64,000 nt of DNA from Flaccisagitta enflata. Taxonomy: Eukaryota. The stretch is from positions 20,088,001 through 20,152,000 of the forward strand of contig OZ231126.1 in the NCBI GenBank assembly GCA_965153355.1, in the 5' to 3' direction. Under the pieces are notes generated by a model. That model was not told where the DNA came from. It worked only from the letters and a program-made list of their open reading frames with translations, and did not search any database. This document shows positions 1 to 11,771 of the stretch, piece by piece. The position numbers and the translations under genes are program-made. The first letter of the stretch is position 1; every line of letters starts with the position of its first letter.

Positions 1-34
1 CGTTTGAATTTTTTCGCCCATTTTGGTCTTGAAG

Positions 35-889
35 ATGCCGAGAGATGGCTTTTATAACGACAAGGAAGAGGAAGATACCGAACCTTACGCTTACGCGGAT
101 GACTTTGATCAGGAGGAGGAGGAGGAGGAGAGAACCGTCCGCTTTGAGCGCGAACGCTCTCGCTCTCCCTCTCGAGAGTAGAGCCGAGCGCGTCACGGGC
201 AAAGGCAAAACCGCTCTCGTGGTAGAACCGGACCCCGTGACAATGACGATGGTGAAGGCGGCGTGCGCTCAAGTCCGACTCGTTCTCGGCCACTTTCATT
301 TGTCGGCCATTCTTTTCTCATGAGCGACGAAAACAACACCGCAACATCGTCAGCCGAAATTCCCGCCGACTTAGAAGAAAGAGTCGCGCTTCGCGTTTCC
401 GAAACTGTAACAAACAGTCTACGAGAACAGCTACTTGGCGTCCTCAAAGAGAAAGAGGAGAAGTCCAATGGCTTTGCTAAAGAGGTGGAAGCACTCCAGG
501 CAGCCCAGCGTCATGCATCTTTGCTCTCCGAGGCAACCGAGCTTCAGAGCGAGAGCGCTCAAAGGCAGTTTATCGCGTTTGCGAAAGTCAAATCAGGAGT
601 CATCAACGCGAAACGGCTGATGCTGGCCGGTGACGTCTCCGGCACTGAATCAGAGTTGGCGGCGGTGGAGAAGATCGCCGATTTTTGCATCGACATGATT
701 CGTCGAGCCGACAGCATGCCTGGTGGCTGGGCCGCCGCGAACCTCTACGAGAGAAAAGCTTCTGGTCAGGCGGATCAGAAAAATGACAAAATGTGGCGGT
801 CCGCGGTAGAAGAATCAAGTGACGCCCGCAAAATGAAGGGTAGAACCAAAGGGAAAACTTATTCTGGGCAGTCAAACCAGCCCTTCAAG
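35..889 (+). pseudogene. DIRS ORF1 (gag-like), 5' part
   Basis: ATG at 35 is in frame with ORF 263..985, with one in-frame TAG at 179-181. Helical core ends ...SNQPFK at a candidate donor AAG|GTAACC (890). Confidence 0.7.
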
Positions 890-980
890 GTAACCCGCAC
901 GTTAATGTCTGTCAATGTTGGTGACGCAAAGTCGACTCCGACTGGCTCTCGGCAGTTTTCTATTTCCGTCATGACTCATG

Positions 981-1137
<157 letters not shown>

Positions 1138-1398
1138 GTTTTGCGTACATTTTCTTGGGGTTGGGACTGCTCTCACTCGTCCGCTCTGTTGGTCTTTGTG
1201 GTAGTTATGCCATTACACGCTTCCCACTTGTTTCACGATTTCCGAGTATTCATATTGGGGAAAGGGAGATTTTCCGCAGAGCGGAAAATTGTAGTTTCCC
1301 CAATGGATACGAGGGAAGAGTGAAACTATGATCACGTTATGACGTTTCACTTTTTCGTTGCTTAGTTACTGGGATACAAAAACATTGAGTTCAGTTAA

Positions 1399-3747
1399 GT
1401 GTCGTCTTATCTCCCAACCCACCCAACCCTTGTTCAGCGGGCACGCCTTCAAAGCCGCGATGGACGTGCTATTCGTGCGGCGCCCACACTCACATCGCCT
1501 TGGACCCAGCCTGTCCAAAAAGATCTCAGCAGCAGACGTATGGCCACGACCAACGCCGTGCAAATTATAACAGACAAGGAGGCCCCGTCCTCCATGGAGG
1601 CCCCGTCCTCCCGCAATATGGTGCCGGTTCGAGCCTCGCCTCACCGAGAACAAACTAATGGTAAGAGTGATCCTGTGGAGAATACTAGGGCCTCCAAGGT
1701 TTCTTTGGTAAAAGAAAAGTTTAGAGACGTCTTCAATGTAAGTAATGAGTGTAAGTTGGTGGACAGATCGGTCCTTGAGAATTTTTCTGATGACATAAGC
1801 GTTGCTGGTAGGTTAAGTAGACCTGCCTCAATAGAATTTTTTCGTGAGATAGGGGCTTCGGAGTTTTTGCTAAAAATCCTCAAAGTCGGTCATCATCCAG
1901 ACCTTATATCAGAAGTACCTCAAATGGAGTGCAAAAACAATGGCTCTTTTTATAAACATCACGATTTTGCCATATCAGAAGTAAAAAAGTTATTGGCTTC
2001 TGATAGAGTTGAATTGGTAAACCAAAGACCTCATTGTGTTTTACCTTTGCATGTTGTGGTGCAACCAAAGAAAAACCGCCTAATTTTGGATTGCACAAGA
2101 CTAAATAAGTTTATAAATGTGCCTAAAATCAAGTTTGACGATTACAAATGCGCTTTGAGTTACTTTCACTCCAAAGGCTATCTGATATGTTTTGATTTTA
2201 AGGATGGTTACTATCACATCCAAATTCACCCGAGTTTTCGTAAGTATCTCGGGTTTAGCGTTGTGTTGGATGGTAAAAAGGTCTATGCACATTTTAAAGT
2301 TGGGTTTTTGGGACTCTGTGATTTACCATGGCTCTTTACCAAAATATTTCGGGTACTTGTTAAACATTGGAGGTCTCACGGCATGTTGATGTGCTTGTAT
2401 TTGGATGATGGCTGGTGCTTCAATGAGAGCAAAGAGCGTCTGTTAAGTCAAAGCTACCATATTCGAAGTGATTTGTACAGAGCCGGTGTGGTGTGGAGTG
2501 TGAAAAAGTGCTTTTGGACTCCTTCCACTCAAATTGAGTGGTTAGGTATGGTTTGGGATGCAAATTCAATCACCTTAAGCATCTGTGATAGACGTATTGA
2601 GAAGTTGAAGGCACTCATCAGTCAACTCATTCATGGAAAGCAGTGCTCTGCAAGGGTGCTAGCAGGCTGTGTCGGTCAAATCATCTCACTAGGCCCCGTT
2701 GTGGGCGACGCTTCCAGTCTATTTTCACGCTTCATGCAAATGGCCATTGCGAATAGTCCCAGCTATGAGTCTAACATCGTCCTCAATGCTCACATCCTGA
2801 CTGAACTGACTTTTTGGCGCGACAATATAGATCGTTTGAATTCACGTGCTTGTAAAGTTGACAAACCGCCATTGGAAGTTGTGCTAAGTGGAGATGCATC
2901 AGCCACAGGTTGTGGCAGTTTCATCAAAGGTACGAATCTGGTCCCTGCTCGTTCATTTAATCCTGAGGAAAGACTAGCTCATTCCACCTGGCGGGAACTT
3001 GAGAACATCCACTTCTCTTTGAAAGCTTTTCAACCTTACCTCTCAAGTAGAACCGTCAGGTTCCGTGTAGATAATCAAGCTACTGTAAGTATCGTCTCAA
3101 AGGGCAGCATGAGGCCCTCCTGCCATCAGTTTGCGATTGAGATTTTTGAATTTTGTCAGCGAAATGCAACTAACCTCTCTATTCAGTGGGTACCAAGAGA
3201 ACTGAACAAACATGCGGACACAATCTCTCCCCTTCCAGAGGTACTGGACACAGATGACTGGGGTCTGACGAAAGAATTCTTTTGCCTCCTCAATCAGCGT
3301 TGGGGCCCTTTCACAGTTGACTGCTTCTCTAACTGCTACAACGCGAAATGCTCTAAGTTCTACTCTCTGTTCCTAGTACCCGGCTCATCTGGAATAGATG
3401 CATTCAGTTTTGACTGGGGAAATGAGTTCTGCCTTTTGGTTCCTCCTATCGCTGTTGTCGGTCGTTGTTTAGACCACTTGGTCAATTGCAAAGCCCAAGG
3501 TGTCCTTGTGGTTCCTTTATGGAAATCATCTCACTACTGGCCGCTTTTAACAACAGTGTACTCCAGTTACATAGTAGACTCACTAGAAGTCAAGGGGAGA
3601 AATGTGCTTTGTCTAGGTCACAACAAAAATAGCCTCTTGGGCTCGGATCAATTCGAATCTAATGTCATTGCAATTTTTCTTAATTGCTCAGGTGATAGAG
3701 GGTCAGAAGTATTGGCCACTTCATCCAAACTTGAACCGATTGCTTGA
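1399..3747 (+). CDS. DIRS pol: reverse transcriptase, RNase H and adenine-methyltransferase-like C-terminal domain
   Basis: RT: FDFKDGYYHIQIH, CLYLDDG. RNase H: SGDASATG, WRELE, VDNQAT, WVPRELNKHADTIS. MT-like: VDCFSN...GIDAFSFDW...VPP...LVVPLW. Confidence 0.93.
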   Translation: MSSYLPTHPTLVQRARLQSRDGRAIRAAPTLTSPWTQPVQKDLSSRRMATTNAVQIITDKEAPSSMEAPSSRNMVPVRASPHREQTNGKSDPVENTRASKVSLVKEKFRDVFNVSNECKLVDRSVLENFSDDISVAGRLSRPASIEFFREIGASEFLLKILKVGHHPDLISEVPQMECKNNGSFYKHHDFAISEVKKLLASDRVELVNQRPHCVLPLHVVVQPKKNRLILDCTRLNKFINVPKIKFDDYKCALSYFHSKGYLICFDFKDGYYHIQIHPSFRKYLGFSVVLDGKKVYAHFKVGFLGLCDLPWLFTKIFRVLVKHWRSHGMLMCLYLDDGWCFNESKERLLSQSYHIRSDLYRAGVVWSVKKCFWTPSTQIEWLGMVWDANSITLSICDRRIEKLKALISQLIHGKQCSARVLAGCVGQIISLGPVVGDASSLFSRFMQMAIANSPSYESNIVLNAHILTELTFWRDNIDRLNSRACKVDKPPLEVVLSGDASATGCGSFIKGTNLVPARSFNPEERLAHSTWRELENIHFSLKAFQPYLSSRTVRFRVDNQATVSIVSKGSMRPSCHQFAIEIFEFCQRNATNLSIQWVPRELNKHADTISPLPEVLDTDDWGLTKEFFCLLNQRWGPFTVDCFSNCYNAKCSKFYSLFLVPGSSGIDAFSFDWGNEFCLLVPPIAVVGRCLDHLVNCKAQGVLVVPLWKSSHYWPLLTTVYSSYIVDSLEVKGRNVLCLGHNKNSLLGSDQFESNVIAIFLNCSGDRGSEVLATSSKLEPIA
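1440..1658 (+). pseudogene. DIRS gag C-terminal segment with zinc knuckle, overlapping pol in another frame
   Basis: Frame +3 reads GTPSKPRWTCYSCGAHTHIALDPACPKRSQQQ...SPRTN*, a C-x2-C-x4-H-x6-C knuckle. Not in the ORF track. Confidence 0.7.
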
Positions 3748-4662
3748 AGACATTTGGTGTGCGGGTCAACCAGCGACTGTTCAGTCTTATTGTTACAGTA
3801 TACGGAAGTTTTTTGCATTCTGTACATTATTTGGTTATGAATTGAAACTGCCTGTCAGCTCATCACTGGCCGCAAATTTTATTTCATTTACGCGACATAA
3901 TTCTTGCACCAGAGGCGCTATCTCCACAGCTATAAATGCCTTGAAGTGGCTACACAATTTTGTTCCCGGTATCAATCAGACTAACGATCCTTTGAATGAG
4001 AAAATATTAAAGATGGTGGTTGATAGTGCCCTAAGAAACTTACCAAAACGCGCAAATTTGAAAATGCCCTTGTCTCACGATTTCATAGTCAGAGTTTTAA
4101 CCAATTCAGAAAGTAAATCCTCTCTCGTTGACATAAGAGACAGTCTCATCCTGTCATTGTCTTACACCTTGCTTTTTCGCCACGACAAAATAGCCTTTAT
4201 TTCTTGCGCCCATTTATTTCATGTTGACGGAGGTTTGAAGATTTTTATTCCATCGTCCAAGACCGATGTTTACAAAAATGGCAACACAGCGTTGCTTGCT
4301 AAGAGCCGAGTTTTGGCTTTGCTTGAGAGGTATCTTGTCTGGCGCGTCTATCTGTGGGCGACCATCATTTTCTCTTTGGACCAATTATTAGGCAGGGAGG
4401 AAGAGACTGCATTGATAACTGCAAACTTTCGTATAATTCATACCGAAAAATTTTACGGTCAACTCTCATGTCCTACAATCTCAACCCCGATCTCTATGGG
4501 TTTCATAGTTGTCACAAAGGCGGAGCCACGACTCTCGCTAAGAGTGCAACCAATTACGAGTTGCTTAGCGCGGGCAGATGGAGAAGTGCTCGCTCGTTGT
4601 CACATTATGTGAAAATATCCGATAAGAGGAAATTGCAGTTCTCCCGTACACTCGCTGGCTAA
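3662..4662 (+). pseudogene. DIRS tyrosine recombinase, frameshifted near 4340
   Basis: RDSLILSLSYTLLFR and SSKTD in ORF 3662..4612. YGFHSCHKGGAT (H-x-x-R with R changed to H) and GRWRS..HY in ORF 4354..4662. Confidence 0.9.
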
Positions 4663-5471
4663 TAATTGGTTAGGTTAGTATCGGTGGTAACTAAGGTAGT
4701 AATCAATAGGGTCAGTATAACCTACTACTTGACTTTGGTTTTATATTAATCAATTAACATTAATAACATTCATTTCAAGTTACAGGTTTTTCAATTTCAG
4801 GTTACTTATAACATCTTTCCGTTACAGATTTGCAAGTCTATTAGTACAGTGTTACTCCTCATTCTTATAATCTATTTTCTCCCCCCCCCCCTTCCTCTCC
4901 CTCCCCCCAGCTTGCCCAATTTCAGTTCAATGACCTTTCCGATCGTTCATCGATGTTTGTGGTTCATCAAAGATCCAAGTTTCCTGTTCGTCTCAAGACT
5001 CCATTCTCCATTCTCAAAAGACCTTTATTGTTCTGTAGTTAGGGGGATATACAGCTCACAGCTCACAGTTAGGCAGTCTTTTAGCAGTAAAACCGTTCTT
5101 TAGACAGTTGGATCATAGGCTGTTTTGTCATGAACATGAAATGAAATATGACATGTCCTACGCGACAACCTCTTACCCGTCATTACACGCTTCCCACTTG
5201 TCTCACGATTTCCGAGTATTCATATTGGAGAAAGGGAGATTTTCCGCAGAGCGGAAAATCAATGTTAGTAATCTTACTCCTTTCCCTAGATGGAACGATC
5301 TTGGATTTTTCAGAGGACGCAAAATCGTCAAAGTTCAGATTTCATCCCCTCCATCACAGCAAGTGGTCATTTCTGGTTTTACAGATGTTTTGAAGGTTTG
5401 AATGAAACCACGTAAGTGTAAGCGACAATGAATTGAGTTTGATAGTGGTGGATTGATGGATTCATACACAC

Positions 5472-6700
5472 GCACGTTGAATACAACGTGAAGATCATGG
5501 AAAAGGTACCCCCCCCCCCCTTGCAGCTCATGTCCCCATAGGCACACGGTATACGGTATCATTCAACAGTAGCTTGTACCGAAATGACATTAAACAATAA
5601 AATCAGAATTATACAAGTAGTTCTTATTGTGGGGCTGTCTTGGGCTTCCAATGACATCAATTTGACATCAGTTTGAACAAATTGCATCTTGCTGGCCGCG
5701 CCTTACCTTAAATTTTCCTTCAGCCTATGGGAAACCAAAAATTTCAAAGTGCTTAAATCTCTGTTTTGACTGCAGATTTGAAATCTGCAGAAAAAACTGT
5801 TAATTGAAAGTGCTTTCCTTTTTTCAATATTCCAACTAGAAGGTGCTTAAAATAAGCGTCAAAATTTGCAAAACTTACCTTTCTCTTTTATTTATATATA
5901 AAATCGCCAAACTTACCTTTTTTTATATCTTTAAGATGAATTTTGACTATGATCCCAAAGGAATATTGAAAAAAGGAAAGCACTTTCAATTAAGAGTTTT
6001 TTCTGCAGATTTCAAATCTGCAGTCAAAACAGATGTAAGCACTTTGAAATTTTCAGTTTCCCATAGGTTGAAGGAAAATTCAAGGTAAGGCGCGGCCAGC
6101 AAGATGCAAATTTTTAGTCGCGTGCTACGCGACTCTACACCCCGCTTTGTCGGTCTGTTGGTCCGTCCGTCTGTCGGTCCGTCAATCCGTCTGTCACACT
6201 TTACTTTGGGGCTTTTTTAGGTTTTTGCTGCCCAAATCTGCTCAGGTGCCTCAAATACGGACCCCCATGCCGGGCCAGCCGATGCCTTGTTCAGACTAAA
6301 ATTGATGTCATTAGAAGCCCAAGACAGCCCCACAACGAGAACTACTTGTAGAATTCGGATTTTATTGCTTTTAGTCATTTAGGTACAAGCTATTCAACAG
6401 GTTATCCCAATACAATTTACGCCACTGAGGCGAATTTTGAATTTCGCCTCCATTCAAGAGATATTCACTCCAAAAGGCAGATTTTTTGACCTTCAAGGGG
6501 GTGTCCGCCGCCAATGTTTGGGGTAGAATTTCTCAAGAACGGAGGCGAATTTAAAAAATCGCCTCGGTGGCGTAAATTGTACTGTGACAAGCTACAGAAT
6601 AATACCTCATATGATCCTGTGGAAGTTTTGTCATAAGCTGTAGGTAGGGGTGCTAACCTTTTTTTACGGTTTTTCTAATCTTCACGTTGTATTACGCGTG
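5472..6700. mobile_element. old palindromic (MITE/foldback-like) element hosting a younger foldback insertion
   Basis: Inverted blocks AATACAACGTGAAGAT (~5480 and ~6690), GGTATCATTC/GAATAATACC and TACAATTTACGCCAC/GTGGCGTAAATTGTA. Confidence 0.6.
5570..6392. mobile_element. foldback MITE with ~260-bp TIRs and 8-bp TSD
   Basis: Termini TAGCTTGTACC...GGTACAAGCTA. TSD TTCAACAG at 5562-5569 and 6393-6400. Right arm interrupted by a HINE at ~6111-6291. Confidence 0.88.
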
Positions 6701-6719
6701 GAAGTGTAGATGGATAGAT

Positions 6720-7525
6720 AAACAAGGCCAGATACACGGCCAATACCAGTTGCGGACGGGTGGGCAGGGGCGGAAATGTGCGTTTTCACATTTTTTGACT
6801 CATGTTCACGGACGGACGGACCGTCCAACGGACAGACCAACGGACAAAGGCTCTCATAGAGTTGCGTGTCCGCAACTAAAAAGACAGATACATAGATAGA
6901 CAGATGAATAGAAAAGGTTGAGAGGCGGGAAATGAGAGATAAGAAGGCCGTATACACTCCTCCCAGTCGCGAACGGGTGGGCAGGAGCGGAATAACAAAT
7001 AGACACTCACATTTTGTTCTGATTACCGACCAATAAACCGACCGACCGACTGACACAGCAAGTTCTTCAGTGACAGGTCCGTGACTAAAATGTATTCGCT
7101 TCAATTGTAAGCAAATATAGATAAACACTAAGCCAGATACGCAGCTACCCGAGTCGCGTCCCGGTGGGCAGGGGTAGTAATGAGATAGCTCACTTAAATC
7201 TATGAGTAGTAACATTGACATTAAATTCAAGTGACGGGGTCACCAAATCGTTGCGGATGGGTGGGTAGGGGCATTTAACCTCCATCCAAAACCCAATTCC
7301 CACCCCCCACACACAGACATACACAAAACTATCTATAACGCTCGTTTTTCCACTTTTCGACTCTATCACCACAGACTGACGGACCGACAGATGGATGGCG
7401 TGCGGACAAATCCTCTTATAGATAGATAGATCTTATAGATAGATAGATCTTATAGATCTTATAGATAGATAGATCTTATAGATAGATCCTCTTATAAATA
7501 GAGTTGCGTGTCCGCAACTAGAAAA
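6720..7525 (-). mobile_element. cluster of HINE/DINE-1-like non-autonomous elements
   Basis: Read on -: T-run, AGTTGCG-loop-CGCAACT hairpin, (GTCC/GTCG)n, CCTGCCCACCC block, terminal GGCCGTGTATCTGGCC hairpin. Confidence 0.7.
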
Positions 7526-8170
7526 AAGTGTTACCAACTAATGGACCGACTGACAGTAAATCTTATTTGTGAGTTTCTAATCCTTATTTCCAAATAGGCG
7601 GTCTATGCAGTGGCAAAAAGATGGTGGAACTGCAGGACCTCGCTTTGTTTTTGGACTTGGTCGCTGTTCGTAGCTGTGGTCGTGGAATTTGGATGATCAA
7701 GCAAGCAGGCTGATATTCAAGCTGATATTCAGGCTGATATTCAGGCACAGGTTGGGCTCAGAAATTACACAGACGCACAGAGAGAGACCGAGATGGTGTA
7801 CGCTTTTTATTTTTTGTAAGAACGTCATTTTTTGGCCGAAGCCTTCAAAAGAGATAGAGTTAGATACTAATGAAATAACTATGATGTTCTTAATTTTGAG
7901 GCAATTTCAAGCCTTGATGTTCTTATAAATTAGGTTCTTATAAAAAAAAAGTGTAGTGTCGAAAATGGTGATGTGACATTCCACTTCTGGAAGGATATAT
8001 ATCTTTAACAATCTTTACTTTTGCTAAAAAAACGGAAGATCAATGAAATTTGAAAAGAAAAACACTAAAAGTCTTAGATTTCTTTTTTTTTACTCTCCCT
8101 GATGTTGATGATCTGATCAAAAATACTTTTGCTTTTGATACACCCGAGTGCATCATGTTACGCCACTATG

Positions 8171-8216
<46 letters not shown>

Positions 8217-9376
8217 ACACAGACACAGACAGACTGACAGACTAAGAGACAGACAGAAAAAGATATCTTGCATTGCAGAAAAGAAAGCGTACTGGCTAGG
8301 CTCAAAGACCTAATATTTCCATCTTTTCCAACTTCAGACGAGGAATTAAAGATCGTTTAGGATTACCGCGCCTGACGCTTTTCCTCAGGAAGAGCGCGTT
8401 CAAACATGTTCGAGCGTGTTCGCACCAAATTGATTGATTGACGATACAGAGGATATGGAATTAGAATACTGAACTGAGCTGTAACTATATCACTCAGCGA
8501 CAAAATCGTCCTGACATTTTCTTATAAACTGCGTGTTTATTCTCCTTTTTTTATTTATTGTCAATGCGGTTAACCTATTCCTTGTGACGAGAATTGTATG
8601 CAGTGTTCCTACATCCCGCACTGGACGCTGAATTTGACCTCTATAGTCTCGTTTTTACGGACCGATACTATTTTAGTATATTCTGAAATGAAATCATGTT
8701 TTTTTAACAGTTTGAACAATAAAAATTGATTTCTGCAGCTGTTATTGAGTGAAACGGACAAACCCTGAAAAATTTCTTCATATCTAACTTTTTCAGTCAG
8801 AACACGGTATGAGCAAAAACGCGCTAAGCTAGTTTTTCGTTTGTTTACTTTTAGCCAGGAAAAAAGCGCGGACGGTTTCTGAGATGCATTTTGACCTAAC
8901 TTGAGCCAAAAAAATTAGAAACGGTTTTTTGTGTTAAAAACAGCTATTTTTCTTCAAAGAATGGTGTAAAATGAAACATTCTAGACTTTTTTTTTTCAGA
9001 AACTTAAAATACCAAAAGCAATTGATAATTGAGTGAACCTAGAATGATTTTGAATAGGTCTGCGAGGTTCAAAATTGCATTGGAATCTTCAAAAATGAAA
9101 AAATGACCCAAAATCAAAAAATTCTAAAAACTGATGTTTTTGAACAGTTTCTAAGGATAAGATATGCTATCAGTATGAATTCCATTGATGTACTCAAAAA
9201 AACATGGATGTTATATGCGAAAAATGCGAAACCGCAATATGCAAATGAGACAAGTGCAAACTTTCAAAAATAGCAAAAATCATGTAGACACAACAAAAAT
9301 TGAATCAGCACAGTGCAAATGATCAACATAGATCAATATCAGTCAGAATTAACCAAAAAATATAGAAGAAATATGT

Positions 9377-11341
9377 TTTTTAGTCGCGTGCACGCGACTC
9401 TACAACCCGCTCCGTCGGTCCGTCGGTCGGTCCGTCGGTCGGTCGGTCCGTCGGTCGGTCGGTAACACTTAGCTTTTTTGTGTCTTTTTGGGTAGTCTGG
9501 AGTTATTTTGAGTCATTTTTTTGTTATTATTGGCAATTATTGGTTGCTTTTAGTCATTTTTGGTCATTTTTGGTCATTTTTGGTCATTTTGGTCATTTTG
9601 GTCATTTTTGTCATTTTTGGTCATTTTTGATCAATTTTGATCAATTTTGATCATTTTTTATCAGTTTTTGTCTTTTTTGGTCATTTTTGGTCATTTTTGG
9701 TCATTTTTGGTCATTTTTGGTCATTTTTGGTCATTTTGGTCATTTTGGTCATTTTGGTCATTTTGGTCATTTTTGGCCATTTTTGATCATTTTTGATCAT
9801 TTTTGATCATTGTTGATCACTTTTTGTCATTTTGGTCATTTTTGGTCACTTTTGGTCATTTTTGGTCATTTCTGATCATTTTGGTCATTTTTGATCATTT
9901 TTGATCATTTTTGGTCATTGTTGGTCATTGTTGATCAGTGTTGGTCATTTCTGGTCATTTTTGGTCATTTTGGTCATTTTTGGTCATTTTGGTCATTTTT
10001 GGTCATTTTTGGTCATTTTTGGTCATTTTGATCATTTTTGATCATTTTTGGTCATTGTTGGTCATTTTTGATCATTTTTGGTCATTTTTGATCATTTTTG
10101 GTCATTTTGGTCATTTTTGGTCATTTTTGGTCATTTTGGTCATTTTTGATCATTTTTGATCATTTTTGGTCATTTTTGGTCTTTGTTAGTCATTGTTGGT
10201 CATTTTTGTCATTTCTGGTCATTTTTGATCATCTTTGATCATTTTTGTTCATTTTTGGTCATTTTTGTTCATTTTGGTCATTTTTGGTCATTTTTGGTCA
10301 TTTTGGTCATTTTTGATCATTTCGGTCATTTTTGGTCATTTTTGGTCATTTTTGGTCATTTTTGGTTAAGGTCTGCTGGTTAAAGTCTGCTGGTTTAGAT
10401 CTGCTGGTTTAAATCTGCTGGTTTAAGTCTGCTGGTTTAAATCCAGTGGGTTAAGTCTGCTGGTTAAAGTCTGCTGGTTAAAAATGCTGGTTTTAGTCTG
10501 CTGGTTTAAGTCTGCTGGTTTAAATCTAATGTTTTAAGTCTGCTGGTCTAATGGTTTAAGTCTGCTGGTTTAAGTCTGCTGGTTAAAATGATATTAAAGA
10601 TAAGTATGGTTTAAGTCTGGTTTAAGTCTGGTTTAAGTGTGGTTTAAGTTTGGTTTAAGTATGGTTTAATTCTGGTTAAAGTCTGGTTTACGTCTGGTTT
10701 ACGTCTGGTTTAAGTCTGGTTTAAGAATGGTTCATGTCTGATTTATGTCTGGTTTAGGTCTGGGTTAGGTCTGGTTTAGGTCTGGTTTAGGTCTGGTCTA
10801 TGTCTGGTTTTTGTCTGGTTTATGTTTGATTTAGGTCTGATTTAGGTCTGGTTTTGGTCTGGTTTTGGTCTGGTTTGTGTCTGGTTTGAGTCTGGTTTGA
10901 GTCTGGTTTGAGTCTAGTTTGAGTCTGGTTTGATTCTGGTTTGATTCTGGTTTGAGCCTGGTTTGAGCCTGGTTTGAGCCTGGTTTCGGTCTGGTTAAAG
11001 TCTGGTTTGAGTCTGGTTTGAGTCTGGTTTGAGTCTGGTTTGAGTCTGGTTTGAGTCTGGTTTGAGTATGGTTTGAGTCTGGTTTGAGTCTGGTTTGAGT
11101 CTGGTTTGAGTCTGGCTTAAATCTGGTTTATGTCTGGTTTATGTCTGGTTTATGTCTGATTTAGGTCTGGTTTTGGTCTGGTTTAATTCTGGTTTGAGTC
11201 TCATTTGAGTCTGGTATGAGCCTGGTTTGGGTCTGTTGTGGGTTGCATTTAAGTTTGATTTTCGATAAAAAGATACAATAAGGAGTCAGGTCAGTTCAGT
11301 TATTTTTGTCCTGCACGCGACTTATAGGTGTTGGCCTTGTT
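9377..11341 (+). mobile_element. HINE-type element with three consecutive internal tandem arrays
   Basis: 5' TAGTCGCGTGCACGCGACTCTA + (GTCG)n; 3' CACGCGACT...GGCCTTGTT. Arrays: TTTTTGGTCA (~9550-10365), GTCTGCTGGTTTAA (~10370-10590), GTCTGGTTTR (~10615-11230). Confidence 0.8.
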
Positions 11342-11771
11342 ATAGTAAAAAACACAATTTTTTTACGTAAAAAAACGTTTCTAATTTTTTTGGCTAAAGT
11401 TAGGTCAAAATGAATATCCAAATCGTGTTCTTCAGCCTTTTTGGGTCCCCTGTGCAAAAAACTGTGATGTGTCCATCTTTTTTTTTTCAAAATCCTTAAA
11501 ATTGAGATTTTCTCTCAACAGAATCCTGACCGTAAATTTCCATTTCTAAAAATATGGCCCTATTTTAAATCCATGTAATAAAAAGGCCGTGTTCTTAGAA
11601 ATGCAAATTTTTGCATTCTAAGATAGATTAAGAATTTCACGCGAAATAACTTTCCAAATTTGCTGCTCGTGTGCACCACGACTTAATTTGAACCGACTGC
11701 CATCAAGATCCTTGATGACTTCCGGATTCACTAAATACCGACATTGAGCAAATTGCTTTACAAAGTACAAA

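Noticed and set aside
8570-8650. Cys-containing exon (PCDENCMQC)
   Set aside because: Preceded by an in-frame stop with no acceptor. TTAACC looks more like a DNA-transposon end.
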